From the NCBI GenBank assembly GCA_963836075.1, contig CAWIIB010000009.1, positions 1,216,001 to 1,280,000 of the forward strand: a stretch of DNA of 64,000 nucleotides. Reading direction: 5' to 3'. The translations under genes were made by a program, and so were the position numbers. Each line of letters opens with the position of its first letter. The stretch's first letter is position 1. Below the pieces are notes generated by a model that did not search any database, had not been told where the DNA came from, and worked only from the letters and a program-made list of their open reading frames with translations. Of this stretch, positions 32,699-43,236 are shown piece after piece. The DNA comes from an uncultured Acidobacteriota bacterium (GTDB lineage Bacteria > Acidobacteriota > JAQAZP01).

Positions 32699-33834
32699 GT
32701 GGAGAGTCTGTTTGCCAACCTGTCATCCTTCTTCGACCTGGCTGATGCAGAATCACGGGGTGCTGATCCTGCAGGCCTTCCTGGTGATCCTCGGTGCGGC
32801 GGTGATCGACTTTGTCCAGCGCCGCCTGCTCAACCGCCTGGCCCGCCAGCTGGAAAAGACAAAAACCCCCTGGGACGACGCCTTCCTCGACTCGGTGCGC
32901 CGGCCGCTCTCCATCCTGATCTGGGTGGTGGGCATCAGCTTTGCCGCGGAAATCGTGGTCCGTATTTCCCCCAACTACACGCTCATCTTCGAGGCGGTGG
33001 GGCCGCTGCGCAACGTGACGATCATCACCCTCTGCGCCTGGTTCCTGATCCGTTTCATCGGCCACGCGGCGAACAACGTCATCACCATGCGGCGCGAGGC
33101 GGGCAAATCAGGTGGACGTGGTGGCCGTGGAGGCCATGGCCAAGCTGGCCCGAATCTCGGTGATGGTCACCGCCGCCCTGGTCACCCTGCAGACCCTCGG
33201 CTTTGACATCGCCGGCATCTGGGCCTTCGGCGGCATCGGCGGTCTGGCCATCGGCCTGGCGGCCAAGGACCTGCTCTCCAACTTCTTCGGCGGGCTGATG
33301 CTCTACATGGACCGGCCTTTTTCACCCGGGGACTGGGTCCGTTCGCCGGACAAGGAGATCGAGGGAACGGTGGAGGAGATCGGCTGGCGGCTGACCCGTA
33401 TCCGCTCCTTCAGCAAGCGGCCGCTCTACGTGCCCAACTCGGTTTTCTCCACCATCACCGTGGAGAACCCGTCACGGATGACCAACCGGCGGATCAACGA
33501 GACCATCGGTATCCGCTACGAGGACTCGGGCAAGATGGGCGACATCACCGCCGAGGTGAAGCAGATGCTCACCGACCACCCGGCCATCGACGAGACCCTG
33601 ACCCTGATGGTCAACTTCAACAGTTTTGCCCCCTCGTCCCTCGACTTCTTCATCTACTGCTTCACCCACACCACGGTCTGGACCGAGTTCCACGAGATCA
33701 AGCAGGACGTGCTGCTGCGCATCGAGGCTATCATCGCCTCCCACGGCGCGGAGATCGCCTTCCCCACCTCCACCATCCACCTCGATGGCGGAGAGTCGGG
33801 TATCAGCCCGGAGCCGGAGCCAGAGAAACAGTAG
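32699..33834 (+). CDS. MscS-family mechanosensitive channel (frameshifts near 32740 and 33110)
   Basis: GGIGGLAIGLAAKD, DRPFSPGDW, GTVEEIGWR, IAFPT. Confidence 0.85.
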
Positions 33835-33849
33835 AAGGGTGAATACGGA

Positions 33850-34152
33850 TCAGCCTGCCGCGCTGAGGGCGTGAACCTCTTCATCGAGCCTTGTGCCGAG
33901 CTTGTCCTTTGTCACCTCCAGGTCGTATCGTGCCTGAAGATTGATCCAGAACCGCTCGGACATCCCGAAGAAGCGGGAGAGGCGCAGGGCAGTGTCGGCG
34001 GAGATTGCCCGTTTGCCGTGAACGATCTCGTTGATCCGTCGTGGTGGGACACTGATCTCCTTGGCCAGCCGTTACTGGCTGATCCCCATGGGAAGCAGGA
34101 ACTCTTCGAGCAGGATCTCCCCGGGATGGATGGGGTCGAGTTTCTTGGCCAT
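33850..34152 (-). pseudogene. higA: HigA antitoxin with internal stop
   Basis: MAKKLDPIHPGEILLEEFL..ISQ*RLAKEISVPPRRINEIVHGKRAISADTALRLSRFFG; TAA at 34072-34074. Confidence 0.85.
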
Positions 34153-34168
34153 GTTCCTCACCTGGTCT

Positions 34169-34241
34169 CTAGTGGTAGTCGACGATTTCGACACCGCGGG
34201 CCTGACCTTCCTTCCAGCGAAAGCAGATACGCCTCTTCCCG
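34169..34241 (-). pseudogene. higB: HigB toxin C-terminal remnant
   Basis: RICFRWKEGQARGVEIVDYH*. Confidence 0.75.
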
Positions 34242-36008
34242 TTACCCTGCACCACCAGGCAGCACCTGCCGCCGGGCGAACAGTTCCCGGCTCAGCAGCC
34301 AGGCGCCGGCCAGGCAGACCAGGGCGGTGGTGAGCGAAAGAAACGCCCCGGGCATCTTTGCGGCAAGCTGGGATGTCACCACCGCGACGAAATAGATTAG
34401 CCAGAGAATCGATCCCGCCGAGGTCTTCATGGTGATGAAGAGAACGGTGAGGACCAGGGCCAGGCCGGCGACGACCAGGGCCTGCACATTTTGTCGCTGT
34501 TTCCTCACCCGGGTCCGGGGCGCCCAGCGGGAGAGGAGGGCATAACCGGCGGTGAGCAGCGCCCAGACTGCACTGAAGATGATGATGCTCAGGGCGGTCC
34601 GTTGCGGGCCCCCGGTCAGGGTGAGGCCCTCCACGGTGTCCAGCCTCCCCTGATACCTGGTCATCAGCAGCTCCGCTCGCTCCGGGTCCAGATCGATGCC
34701 ATACACGGCCTTGACCGCCCGGGTGTATTGCTCAATGGCGAAGGTTTTTGACGCCCCGCGGCCCACCTCGAACGGGTTGTAGATCACGGGCCAATCCTGA
34801 GCGTCATATGTCATTTTTGTCAGCATCATGGTCGTCGTGTGTGTGTCGCCGTTGCTGTCCACCACCACCGGCGGCTGTCCGTCCCAGGCGATGCGGCGAA
34901 ACCGGGGCGGAACATGGATGAAGTAGCTGGTCTCCCCATTGTGCTCCCGCTCCCTCGCCACCACCCACCCGGGATAGGTGTCACCGGCCAGAAGAAAGCC
35001 GACCTGCACGGCGGCGCCGAAGCCGACGGCAGCCAGCAGCGGCAGGAGCAGGGCGGCATGGAGCCGGCGGCGGGGCAGGGGCAGGTGGGCATAGGGCGAC
35101 CCGCTGCGGTTCTGTTCCGCGGAGAGGAGACTGAGGATGATCAGGGTGGAGAGCAGTGAGACGATCACCGTGCCGAACCCCACACCCGGTGTTACCAGCG
35201 CCCCGCCAAGGGAGGTCAGGATCAGGAACCCGAAGATGACGGCGATGAGGGAGTGCTGGCGCAGGTTGAGGATGCCCAGCATCCAGAGGGTGGAGAGCCG
35301 GCGGCCTGCCCGGGCCGGCCCCTTGAGGAGCACCGGGGTGGACCTGCCGCGCTCGTCGCCGGCCGGTTCCCAGCGGCCCAGGCTTCCGTATCCCCCCCTT
35401 GGCTCCGGCCGGTCATCCACCAGGGTGAGCGACTCCCTGACCCGGCGGCTGGCCGCCAGCAGCAGCAGGCCGGCGGCAACAACCGTGAGGAGAGAAAGCC
35501 ATGGCGAGCGGAAGACGAGGAGGAGCACGGTGACGATCAGGCCGGCCACCACGGCGCCGTTGAGCTGTCCGGCATTCCGCACCCGGTTGCAGCCCGGCTC
35601 GATCCGGTGGACCAGGGCGCCGGTGAAGATCAGACCGGGGAGCACATACCCGCCGGTGGTCAGGTATTGACGGATGATATAGGGCTTGCAGATCAGGGTG
35701 ATCGGCACCAGGAAAAGCGCCACGTGCACCGCGGTCTGCACCAGGCTTGAGAAGACGTGGTTCTTCCAGATCCGGACACCAGAGAGCGGCAGGGCCAGCT
35801 CGAGTTCGCTGCAGCGGTCCCGGGTGACCAGCACGGTGTAGATCAGGCACCAGAAGAAGCCGAGGAAGGTGGAGAAAAAGAGGCCCTTGTCACCTGCGTG
35901 ACGAGCGTTGAGCTGCCAGGCCACAAAAAGCCCCAGGGCAATGGGGACCTGCAGCAGTTGCAGGGCCTTCCTGTCGAAAAGTTCGTTCAACTGGAATCGA
36001 TCGTACAT
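34242..36008 (-). CDS. Multi-TM protein, probable ABC permease
   Basis: Many TM segments; coupled to the ABC ATPase. Confidence 0.7.
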   Translation of the reverse strand: MYDRFQLNELFDRKALQLLQVPIALGLFVAWQLNARHAGDKGLFFSTFLGFFWCLIYTVLVTRDRCSELELALPLSGVRIWKNHVFSSLVQTAVHVALFLVPITLICKPYIIRQYLTTGGYVLPGLIFTGALVHRIEPGCNRVRNAGQLNGAVVAGLIVTVLLLVFRSPWLSLLTVVAAGLLLLAASRRVRESLTLVDDRPEPRGGYGSLGRWEPAGDERGRSTPVLLKGPARAGRRLSTLWMLGILNLRQHSLIAVIFGFLILTSLGGALVTPGVGFGTVIVSLLSTLIILSLLSAEQNRSGSPYAHLPLPRRRLHAALLLPLLAAVGFGAAVQVGFLLAGDTYPGWVVAREREHNGETSYFIHVPPRFRRIAWDGQPPVVVDSNGDTHTTTMMLTKMTYDAQDWPVIYNPFEVGRGASKTFAIEQYTRAVKAVYGIDLDPERAELLMTRYQGRLDTVEGLTLTGGPQRTALSIIIFSAVWALLTAGYALLSRWAPRTRVRKQRQNVQALVVAGLALVLTVLFITMKTSAGSILWLIYFVAVVTSQLAAKMPGAFLSLTTALVCLAGAWLLSRELFARRQVLPGGAG

Positions 36009-36901
36009 CAGATGGTCCCTCCGGCCAGCTCGATGAACAGCTCTTCCAGGGGCAGGCGGCTGCAGGCCGATGTTTCGAGACCCAGCTGCTCCCTGATCCC
36101 GGCGGACGCTGATTCAGGGGCGAGGTGAAAGACGGCGTGCAGGGCGCCGCCCCGCTGACGGGCGGCAAGGAAGCCGTCCAGGTGCCGAAGCTCGGAGGGC
36201 GTGGTGCCGTTGCCGCCGGGGATGATGGCCCGGCAGTAGTCCTCGCGCAGTTCGTCGAGGCCGGTGTCGAGGAAGATCCGGCCACCCTGGAGCATCACCA
36301 CCCGCCGGGCCAGCCGCTCCACGTCGTTCATGTGGTGCGAGGAGAAGAGGATGGAGGTTCCCGACTCGGCCAGCAGCCGCACCGCGGTCTCAAGGAACTC
36401 CCGGCGGGCCACCGAGTCGAGACCGCCGGCCGGCTCGTCCAGCAGCAGCAGTTCGGGCCGGTGGGCCACGGCGCCGATCAGTGCCACCTGCCGCGCCTGG
36501 CCCTTGCTCAACTGCTCGATACGCATTTTCGGCGCGAGAGCGAAGCGCTCCAGCAGTTCGGTGGCAAAATTGTCATCCCAGGAGGGGTAGAGGGAGCGGT
36601 GGAGGTTGATCACTTTCTCCACCGTGGTCCTGGGCGGCAGGGTCTGGTCTTCCGAGACGTAGCCGATCCGCTGCTTCACCGCCACGGCGTCAACGGCCGG
36701 GTCGGAGCCGAATACGGTTACCGTTCCCGCCTGGGGCCGGATCATACCCATGGCGGTGCGGATCAGGGTGGTTTTGCCGGCGCCGTTGCGGCCCAGCAGT
36801 CCCACCACCTCACCCGGGGCGAGGGAGAAACTGACCTCGTCGAGCACGTTGGTACCGCGTTTGAAGGCGCGGGTGACGCTGTGGAATTCCAGGATGGTCA
36901 T
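36008..36901 (-). CDS. ABC transporter ATP-binding protein
   Basis: GRNGAGKT, LSKGQ, LLLDEP, SSH. Confidence 0.95.
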   Translation of the reverse strand: MTILEFHSVTRAFKRGTNVLDEVSFSLAPGEVVGLLGRNGAGKTTLIRTAMGMIRPQAGTVTVFGSDPAVDAVAVKQRIGYVSEDQTLPPRTTVEKVINLHRSLYPSWDDNFATELLERFALAPKMRIEQLSKGQARQVALIGAVAHRPELLLLDEPAGGLDSVARREFLETAVRLLAESGTSILFSSHHMNDVERLARRVVMLQGGRIFLDTGLDELREDYCRAIIPGGNGTTPSELRHLDGFLAARQRGGALHAVFHLAPESASAGIREQLGLETSACSRLPLEELFIELAGGTI

Positions 36902-36904
36902 GAT

Positions 36905-37327
36905 TCAGTCCTCCTCTTCGTCTCGGCTGGTACGCCCCGGCTCCCGTCCGGTGGCCATCTGGTCCCGCACTTCACCCAGCATCTGGAGCACCTCTTCAAA
37001 GGGCACCCCGCTGAGCCAGGCCTGGGAGACCAGGCGCCTGCAGACCGGGCGCAGGCTTTCCTTCCGCTCAGCCGAACCGGGCATTGCCGCTGTCTTTGCA
37101 ACGAACGTCCCTCGCCCGCGCCGGGTCTCGATCACACCCTCCCGCTCCAGCTCGTCGTAGGCTTTCTTGACGGTGAGATGGGAGATGACCAGTTGCTCGG
37201 CCAGCTCGCGCTGGGAGGGCAGTTTGTCACCCGGCGCCAGACGGCCCCCGGCAACCGCTTCGCTGACCTGTCGCATGATCTGCCGGTAGATCGGAAGTTC
37301 GTCGCCCGGCTGAATGTTGATCATCAT
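36905..37327 (-). CDS. GntR/YtrA-subfamily regulator
   Basis: PIYRQI, LPSQRELA, TVKKAYDELE, RGRGTFV. Confidence 0.93.
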   Translation of the reverse strand: MMINIQPGDELPIYRQIMRQVSEAVAGGRLAPGDKLPSQRELAEQLVISHLTVKKAYDELEREGVIETRRGRGTFVAKTAAMPGSAERKESLRPVCRRLVSQAWLSGVPFEEVLQMLGEVRDQMATGREPGRTSRDEEED

Positions 37328-37344
37328 CTGGTTGTCCTCTGCTC

Positions 37345-37387
37345 TAGTGCTATATAAGACTATAGCACTAAGATGATGAAACGTCAA
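37345..37387 (-). promoter_or_regulatory. Sigma70 promoter overlapped by a YtrA-type operator
   Basis: TTGACG-N17-TATAGT; palindrome TAGTGCTATA-N6-TATAGCACTA at 37345-37370. Confidence 0.85.
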
Positions 37388-37439
37388 GCCGTTTTTTGAT
37401 TTTGTTTGCAAGCGGATTATTTTTCAGCAGGTTGATGGG

Positions 37440-40400
37440 TCAGCGTCGGGCGGCGGCGACCCTGACACCGTGGCTGAACAGCCCCGGATCATAGGCCAGG
37501 AGCTCCATTTCAGGCAGGTTGGACACGATCAGTCCATCGTAATTCCAGCAGCGTACCATGGCCGGCGCGTTCGGGCCGGGCCCCCGGCCGGTGACGATCT
37601 CGTCAATGCCGTTGCCGTCCAGGTCGCCGCAGGCTACGTTGACTCCCCAGAAGGCCGGGGACCAGGCGATGAAATTGACGCCGCCGATCGCCTCGGCGGC
37701 GCCGGTTCCGTCCCAGTTCCAGCCGCGGACGTGGGAAGTGAACATGATGCCCGGGCCGGGGCCGGTGACAATTTCGTCGATGCCATCGCCGTCGATGTCG
37801 CCGCAGGCGACGTTGACCCCGTACTTGCTGGTGCCGTAGGCCAGGAATGAGACGTCGGGCAGGGGCTGGGTCGTTCCCGATCCATCATAGTCCCAACCGC
37901 GGACGTGGGGGCCGAACACGGCGCCCGGGCCGGGGCCGGTGACGATCTCGTCGAAGCCGTCGCCGTCGATGTCACCGCAGCTCACGTTGACCCCGTACTT
38001 GTTCGTGCCGTAGGCCAGGAAGGATACGCCGGCCAGCGGCTGGACCGTTGAGGTCATATCACGGTTCCAGCCCCTGACGTGGGGGCCAAAGACATCGCCC
38101 GGCCCGGCGCCGGTGAGCACCTCGTCGAAGCCGTCGCCGTCGATGTCCCCGCAGGCCACGTTGACCCCCCAGCGGTTGGTGCCGTAGGCGAGAAAGGAGA
38201 ATCCGGGCAGGGGCGTGCCGTCGGCCGAGAACCCGCGCACGTGCGGCCCGAACACCGCTCCGGGCCCGGCGCCGGTCACCACTTCGAGGCCCAGCCCTCC
38301 GTCCACGTTGCCCAGGGCCGTGTTCACGCCGTAGCGGGAGACACCGTAGGCCTGCCACTGGGCGGTCCAACTCCCCGGGAGCCCCGGGTGGAAGACTCGC
38401 ACCAGCGGCGGGTTGTCCTCGCCGGGCCCGGGCCCGGTCGCCAACAGGCCGGCATTGCCGAAGCCATTCACAAGGCAGATGGTCCGGCCGTCCGGATAGG
38501 CCGCAGCGAGATCTGCACCGCCGTCACCATCGAAGTCCTCGATCAGGATCGAACGCAGGGGGACGGAGCAGTAGTCGACCGGCTGACCGACGCCCAGCAC
38601 ACCATTGCCGGGTATGAAGGTCAAACCTTGTTGGGTGGTCAGCGCCAGGTCGATGGTACCGTTGCCGTCCAGGTCGGCTGCGGTGATCGATTCCGGGGCG
38701 TGGGAGATCGGAATGGCGGTCGCCTCGCCGAAAGTGCCATCCCCCAGCCCGGGCAGCAGGGCGACGGTCTGATCGACGTTGTTCGCTACCACCAGGTCGG
38801 GGTAACCGTCGAAGGTCATGTCGGCGACACAGACATCTCGGGGGCCGTTGCCGGACGCATATTGGACCGGGTCGGCGAAGGTATCGTCGCCATTGTTCAG
38901 CAGCACCACGGTGAAGCCGCCGCCGCGCTGGCCAACCACCAGGTCGAGGTCCCCGTCGAAGTCGAGGTCGGCCGGGACCGGGGTGCTGGGGGAAGACCCG
39001 GCCGAAAAAGTGATCGGCGGGGCAAAGGCACCGCCCCCCAGACCAGCGAAGATCGAGACGCTGTCCGCCAGGTTGTCGGCGGTCACCAGGTCGAGGTTTG
39101 CATCGCCAAAGAGCTGGGCCGCGGCCAGTCCCAGGGGTGCCTCACCGGTGGCCAGGTCCAGGGGCGGCCCAAACGTCCCGTCCCCATTCCCCGGCAGGAT
39201 GGCCAGCCGGTCTGCCTGCTCGCTCACCCCGGCCATGTCGAGCACACCGTCGCCGGTGAGCTCAGCGGCGATCACCGCGGTGAATGGATAACCCAGCTGG
39301 TTGACGAGGGGATCGGTGAAACTCCCGTCGCCCAGCCCCAGCAGGGCAAAGAGGTCGCCGTCCCCGGGAAAGCCGGCTTCGCCATCTTCCGCTGCCACGC
39401 CCAGGTCGGGCACGCCGTCGCCGTTCCAATCAGCACGTGCCGCGTCCAGGGGATTCAGGTGTTCGGGAGTAGCCCGTTCGGCGGCGAACAGGGCTTCGCC
39501 GTACCCCAGGTACACGGTGACCATCTGCTCGGTGCAGACGGCCGCATCGAGGTCACCGTCCCCGTCGAAATCGGTAAGAACCGACGAATCGCCCTCCTCG
39601 GTGAACCAGAGCCGGGTGTGTGACAGGTACACGCCTGACTCGCTCCCCATGAAGAATTTCGTCTGGTGATCCCCGACAATGGCAAAAACGGTTCTGCCGC
39701 TCGAAGCCTCTTCCGCGGTAATGATATGCCGGGGATTGTAGACGGTGCTCAGCCAGACCCTGTCTCCGAATGTCCCGTCCCCAAGGCCATGCCAGATCTC
39801 CACACCGAAGTTGTCGAAATAGGTGTCGTAATAATCGGTGCAGATCAGGTCGAGGTGGCCATCACCGTTCGCGTCCCCGGCGGCGACGTAAAACCGGCCG
39901 CTGTAATACTCGCCGTACGCTGTCGGCACATCGAAGGAGCAGTCGCCCAACCCTTTCATTACCAGAAGCTTGCCATTGTACCGGCCAAGAGGGTCGACCC
40001 AGAGGGTGGCGGCCGCCGCATCGGGGATACCGTCTCCGTCGAAATCCGCCACGTCGAGGGAGGTGACCGTGGAATGCCCGGTTTCGGTCGACAATTCGGT
40101 GAAAATATCTTCACCGTCGTTGCGCAGCACCATCAGGAGATTGCTGTTCTGGTAGATGATGTCCTGGTCGCCGTCGGCATCCAGGTCGGCGGTGCGGATG
40201 ACCGAATCGTTGGTACCGTACTCCGGTTCGATGACCAGGGGTGGGTGCAGGGTGCCGTCCCCCTGGCCGTGGGAGATGCAGACAAACATGCCGTAGTTGG
40301 GATAGCCGGTCCAGACCACGTCCTGGAAGCCGTCGCCGTTCATGTCGGCCACGGTTAGCTGCTGGGCGAACATGTCGATGGGGGTGAGGACCGTCTCGAA

Positions 40401-40676
40401 GGTGCCGTCGCCCCGGCCGAGCAGGACGGCGATGTGGTTCGGACCGCTGAATTGATCTGCATCCGACAGCACCAGATCGGGGAATCCGTCATTGTTCATG
40501 TCGGCGGTGGACAGGGTGGAGAGGTAGATCCCGTGATGGACGGCAAGCCCGGCCGAGAAGAGGCGGTGGCCGTCCACGGCGGCCGGGGCTGGGGAATTGC
40601 AGAATATCGCCAGGAGGAGAGCGGCGCAGAGGAGCAGGGCAGAATCCGAAAACGAACTCGGATGGTTGCCGCGCAT
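37440..40676 (-). CDS. Exported VCBS/FG-GAP repeat protein with C-terminal domain A
   Basis: Many DxDGDGxxD..GxGDGTF repeats, then a distinct GPHVRG-type repeat block. Confidence 0.88.
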   Translation of the reverse strand: MRGNHPSSFSDSALLLCAALLLAIFCNSPAPAAVDGHRLFSAGLAVHHGIYLSTLSTADMNNDGFPDLVLSDADQFSGPNHIAVLLGRGDGTFETVLTPIDMFAQQLTVADMNGDGFQDVVWTGYPNYGMFVCISHGQGDGTLHPPLVIEPEYGTNDSVIRTADLDADGDQDIIYQNSNLLMVLRNDGEDIFTELSTETGHSTVTSLDVADFDGDGIPDAAAATLWVDPLGRYNGKLLVMKGLGDCSFDVPTAYGEYYSGRFYVAAGDANGDGHLDLICTDYYDTYFDNFGVEIWHGLGDGTFGDRVWLSTVYNPRHIITAEEASSGRTVFAIVGDHQTKFFMGSESGVYLSHTRLWFTEEGDSSVLTDFDGDGDLDAAVCTEQMVTVYLGYGEALFAAERATPEHLNPLDAARADWNGDGVPDLGVAAEDGEAGFPGDGDLFALLGLGDGSFTDPLVNQLGYPFTAVIAAELTGDGVLDMAGVSEQADRLAILPGNGDGTFGPPLDLATGEAPLGLAAAQLFGDANLDLVTADNLADSVSIFAGLGGGAFAPPITFSAGSSPSTPVPADLDFDGDLDLVVGQRGGGFTVVLLNNGDDTFADPVQYASGNGPRDVCVADMTFDGYPDLVVANNVDQTVALLPGLGDGTFGEATAIPISHAPESITAADLDGNGTIDLALTTQQGLTFIPGNGVLGVGQPVDYCSVPLRSILIEDFDGDGGADLAAAYPDGRTICLVNGFGNAGLLATGPGPGEDNPPLVRVFHPGLPGSWTAQWQAYGVSRYGVNTALGNVDGGLGLEVVTGAGPGAVFGPHVRGFSADGTPLPGFSFLAYGTNRWGVNVACGDIDGDGFDEVLTGAGPGDVFGPHVRGWNRDMTSTVQPLAGVSFLAYGTNKYGVNVSCGDIDGDGFDEIVTGPGPGAVFGPHVRGWDYDGSGTTQPLPDVSFLAYGTSKYGVNVACGDIDGDGIDEIVTGPGPGIMFTSHVRGWNWDGTGAAEAIGGVNFIAWSPAFWGVNVACGDLDGNGIDEIVTGRGPGPNAPAMVRCWNYDGLIVSNLPEMELLAYDPGLFSHGVRVAAARR

Positions 40677-40699
40677 GGTGCCGCTCTCCTCTCAGGCTC

Positions 40700-41335
40700 T
40701 CAAAACAGCTCCTCCGACGTGACGATGATTGCCCCGGCCTGCTTCAATTCCTGAAAGGCCGATTCAGCGGTACCTTCGGGAATGTCCACCCCGCGGCAGG
40801 CGTCGCGGATCACCACCGCTTCGAACCCCATCTGTAGCGCGTCCAGGACGGTGGAGCGCACGCAGAAATCGGTGGCCAGCCCGCAGGTGAAGATCCGCTT
40901 GACCTTCAGGCCCAGGAGGTAGCCGCGGAGGCCGGTCTCGGTCCAGTGGTCATTCTCCCGCAGGGCAGAGTAGCTGTCCACGTCCCGGTTGACCCCCTTG
41001 TGGAAGACGGCGTGGAACCGGGTCTGGTCCAGCTCGTGGTGGAACCGGGCGCCCCGGGTGCCCGCCACGCAGTGGTCCGGCCAGAGTTCCTGCTCGATAC
41101 CGTCCAGGCTGACCACCTCCAGCGGGCTGCAGCCCGGGTGCTGTGAGGCGAACGAGCCGTGGTCGGCGGGGTGCCAGTCACGGGTGGCCACCACCAGGGG
41201 GAATTTCTCCATCAGTCGGTTGATCACCGGGATCACTTCGTCACCGTTTTTCACCGGCAGGGCGCCGCCGGGACAGAAGTCGTACTGGATGTCCACCACG
41301 ATCAGGGCGTCGGTGGGGGTGATCTCGATGGCCAT
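40700..41335 (-). CDS. pncA: Nicotinamidase/pyrazinamidase
   Basis: VDIQYDFCPGGAL, DWHP, WPDHCV, GLATDFCV. Confidence 0.93.
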   Translation of the reverse strand: MAIEITPTDALIVVDIQYDFCPGGALPVKNGDEVIPVINRLMEKFPLVVATRDWHPADHGSFASQHPGCSPLEVVSLDGIEQELWPDHCVAGTRGARFHHELDQTRFHAVFHKGVNRDVDSYSALRENDHWTETGLRGYLLGLKVKRIFTCGLATDFCVRSTVLDALQMGFEAVVIRDACRGVDIPEGTAESAFQELKQAGAIIVTSEELF

Positions 41336-41525
41336 GGTATCGCCTCCCCGTTGATTGCATTTCCCCAAGTATTTCGATCCGGTGGCCCAACGTCAAGCCC
41401 GGACCCGGTAGTTTCCATTGCGGCTCCCCGGCCGATGAACTAGAATTTGATATCCGGCATCAAAGCAGACGTCCGGGACCGGTGAGGCCGCTCCGGTGAA
41501 CAGCGTGCGGCGCAAGGAGTGTTTG

Positions 41526-42692
41526 ATGAAGAAATTCAACGGTGTCGACTACATGGGGATCGACGGTCTCCTTGACGAGGATGAACTGGCCATCCGCCAG
41601 ATGGTTCGCGATTTTGTCGACGAACAGGTCATCCCCATCATCGGTGAGCATTACGAGGCAGGCACCTTTCCCCGCCAGTTGGTTCCGCAGATGGCCGAGC
41701 TGGGGATCCTCGGTGCCACTCTGGAAGGCTACGAGTGCGCCGGGGTGAACAGCGTGGCCTACGGCCTGATCAACCAGGAGCTGGAGCGGGGCGACTGCGG
41801 CGTGCGCAGCTTTGTCTCGGTGCAGAGCTCGCTGGTGATGTGGCCCATCTATACCTACGGCAGCGACGAGCAGAAGGAGAAGTGGCTGCCCCGCCTGGCC
41901 CGCGGCGAGGCCATCGGCTGCTTCGGGCTCACCGAGCCCGACCATGGCAGCGACCCGGGCGGCATGATCACCCGGGCCGAGCGGGTGGACGGCGGCTTCC
42001 GGCTCAACGGGGCCAAAATGTGGATCACCAATGGCTCCATCTCCGACGTGGCCGTGGTCTGGGCCAGGATGGACGACTCGGTCTGGGCCTTCCTGGTGGA
42101 GAAGGGCACTCCGGGGTTCGAGGCGCCGAAGATGCTGAACAAGCTCTCCATGCGCGCCTCGGTGACCAGTGAGCTGACCTTCAATGACTGCGTGATCCCC
42201 GAGGAGAACTTGCTCCCCGGTTCCCAGGGCCTCTCCAGGGCCCTGCGCTGCCTCAACCAGGCCCGTTACGGCATCTGTTGGGGGGTCATCGGCTCGGCCA
42301 TGGCCTGCTATGACGAGGCGCTCGGTTACGCCGGCGAGCGGGTCCAGTTCAAGAAGCCGATCGCCAGCTACCAGCTGGTGCAGAGCAAGCTGGCGGCCAT
42401 GGTGAACGAGATCACCAAGGCCCAGCTGCTGAACCTGCACATGGGCCGGATGAAGGACAAGGGCCAGTTGAAGCACCACCATGTCTCGCTGGCCAAGTAC
42501 AACAACGTGAGCCAGGCGCTGGAGATCGCCCGCACCGCCCGGACCATCCTCGGGGCCAACGGGATCAGCCTCGAGTACCAGAGCATGCGCCACGCCTGCA
42601 ACCTGGAGTCGGTGCTGACCTACGAGGGGACCCACGATGTCCACTCGCTGGTGGTGGGGGCGCAGGTAACCGGTATCGAGGCGTTTCGTTAG
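41526..42692 (+). CDS. gcdH: Acyl-CoA dehydrogenase, glutaryl-CoA dehydrogenase-like
   Basis: GCFGLTEPDHGSDP, KMWITN, YEGTHDVH. Confidence 0.85.
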   Translation: MKKFNGVDYMGIDGLLDEDELAIRQMVRDFVDEQVIPIIGEHYEAGTFPRQLVPQMAELGILGATLEGYECAGVNSVAYGLINQELERGDCGVRSFVSVQSSLVMWPIYTYGSDEQKEKWLPRLARGEAIGCFGLTEPDHGSDPGGMITRAERVDGGFRLNGAKMWITNGSISDVAVVWARMDDSVWAFLVEKGTPGFEAPKMLNKLSMRASVTSELTFNDCVIPEENLLPGSQGLSRALRCLNQARYGICWGVIGSAMACYDEALGYAGERVQFKKPIASYQLVQSKLAAMVNEITKAQLLNLHMGRMKDKGQLKHHHVSLAKYNNVSQALEIARTARTILGANGISLEYQSMRHACNLESVLTYEGTHDVHSLVVGAQVTGIEAFR

Positions 42693-42714
42693 AGCACCTT
42701 TTGAAGGTATCGCC

Positions 42715-43197
42715 ATGAGCAGCCAGGAAGACGACCGCCGGTTCATGCAGCTGGCCATCGACAAGGCCCGGGAGGGGATCGAACAGGGGCAGTCCCCCTT
42801 TGGCGCCTGTATCGCCCGGGAGGGCCAGATGATCGCGGTGGCCCACAACACGGTCTGGCGGGACGGGGACAGCACGGCCCATGCCGAAGTGAACGCCATT
42901 CGTGAGGCCTGCCGCTCCCTGGACACAATAGACCTCGAGGGCTGTACGATCTACACCACCTGCGAACCGTGCCCGATGTGTTTCAGCGCCTCCCACTGGG
43001 CCGGGGTCAGCCGTATCGTTTTCGGTGCCGGAATCACCGACGCGGCCGGCGCCGGCTTCAGCGAGTTGCGGATCAGCGCCCAGCAGATGAAGACCCAGGG
43101 GAGGAGCACGGTGGTGCTGGTCCCCGATTTCATGCTCCAAGATAACCAGCTCCTGTTCAGCGACTGGATGAGCCGGGAGGACCGCCGTCCCTACTGA
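42715..43197 (+). CDS. Nucleoside/guanine deaminase (CDA fold)
   Basis: PFGA, HAEVNAIR, CEPCPMC. Confidence 0.88.
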   Translation: MSSQEDDRRFMQLAIDKAREGIEQGQSPFGACIAREGQMIAVAHNTVWRDGDSTAHAEVNAIREACRSLDTIDLEGCTIYTTCEPCPMCFSASHWAGVSRIVFGAGITDAAGAGFSELRISAQQMKTQGRSTVVLVPDFMLQDNQLLFSDWMSREDRRPY

Positions 43198-43236
43198 CCG
43201 GCGAAGCCGGCCGCTCAACAACCTTCGAGAAACACC

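Noticed and set aside
1-33200. Programmed frameshifting or pseudogenisation of M28, sulfatase, NAT, serine hydrolase, asnA and mscS
   Set aside because: Single-base shifts in otherwise intact, unrelated genes, several at G runs; long-read indel error is more parsimonious, though reads are needed to confirm
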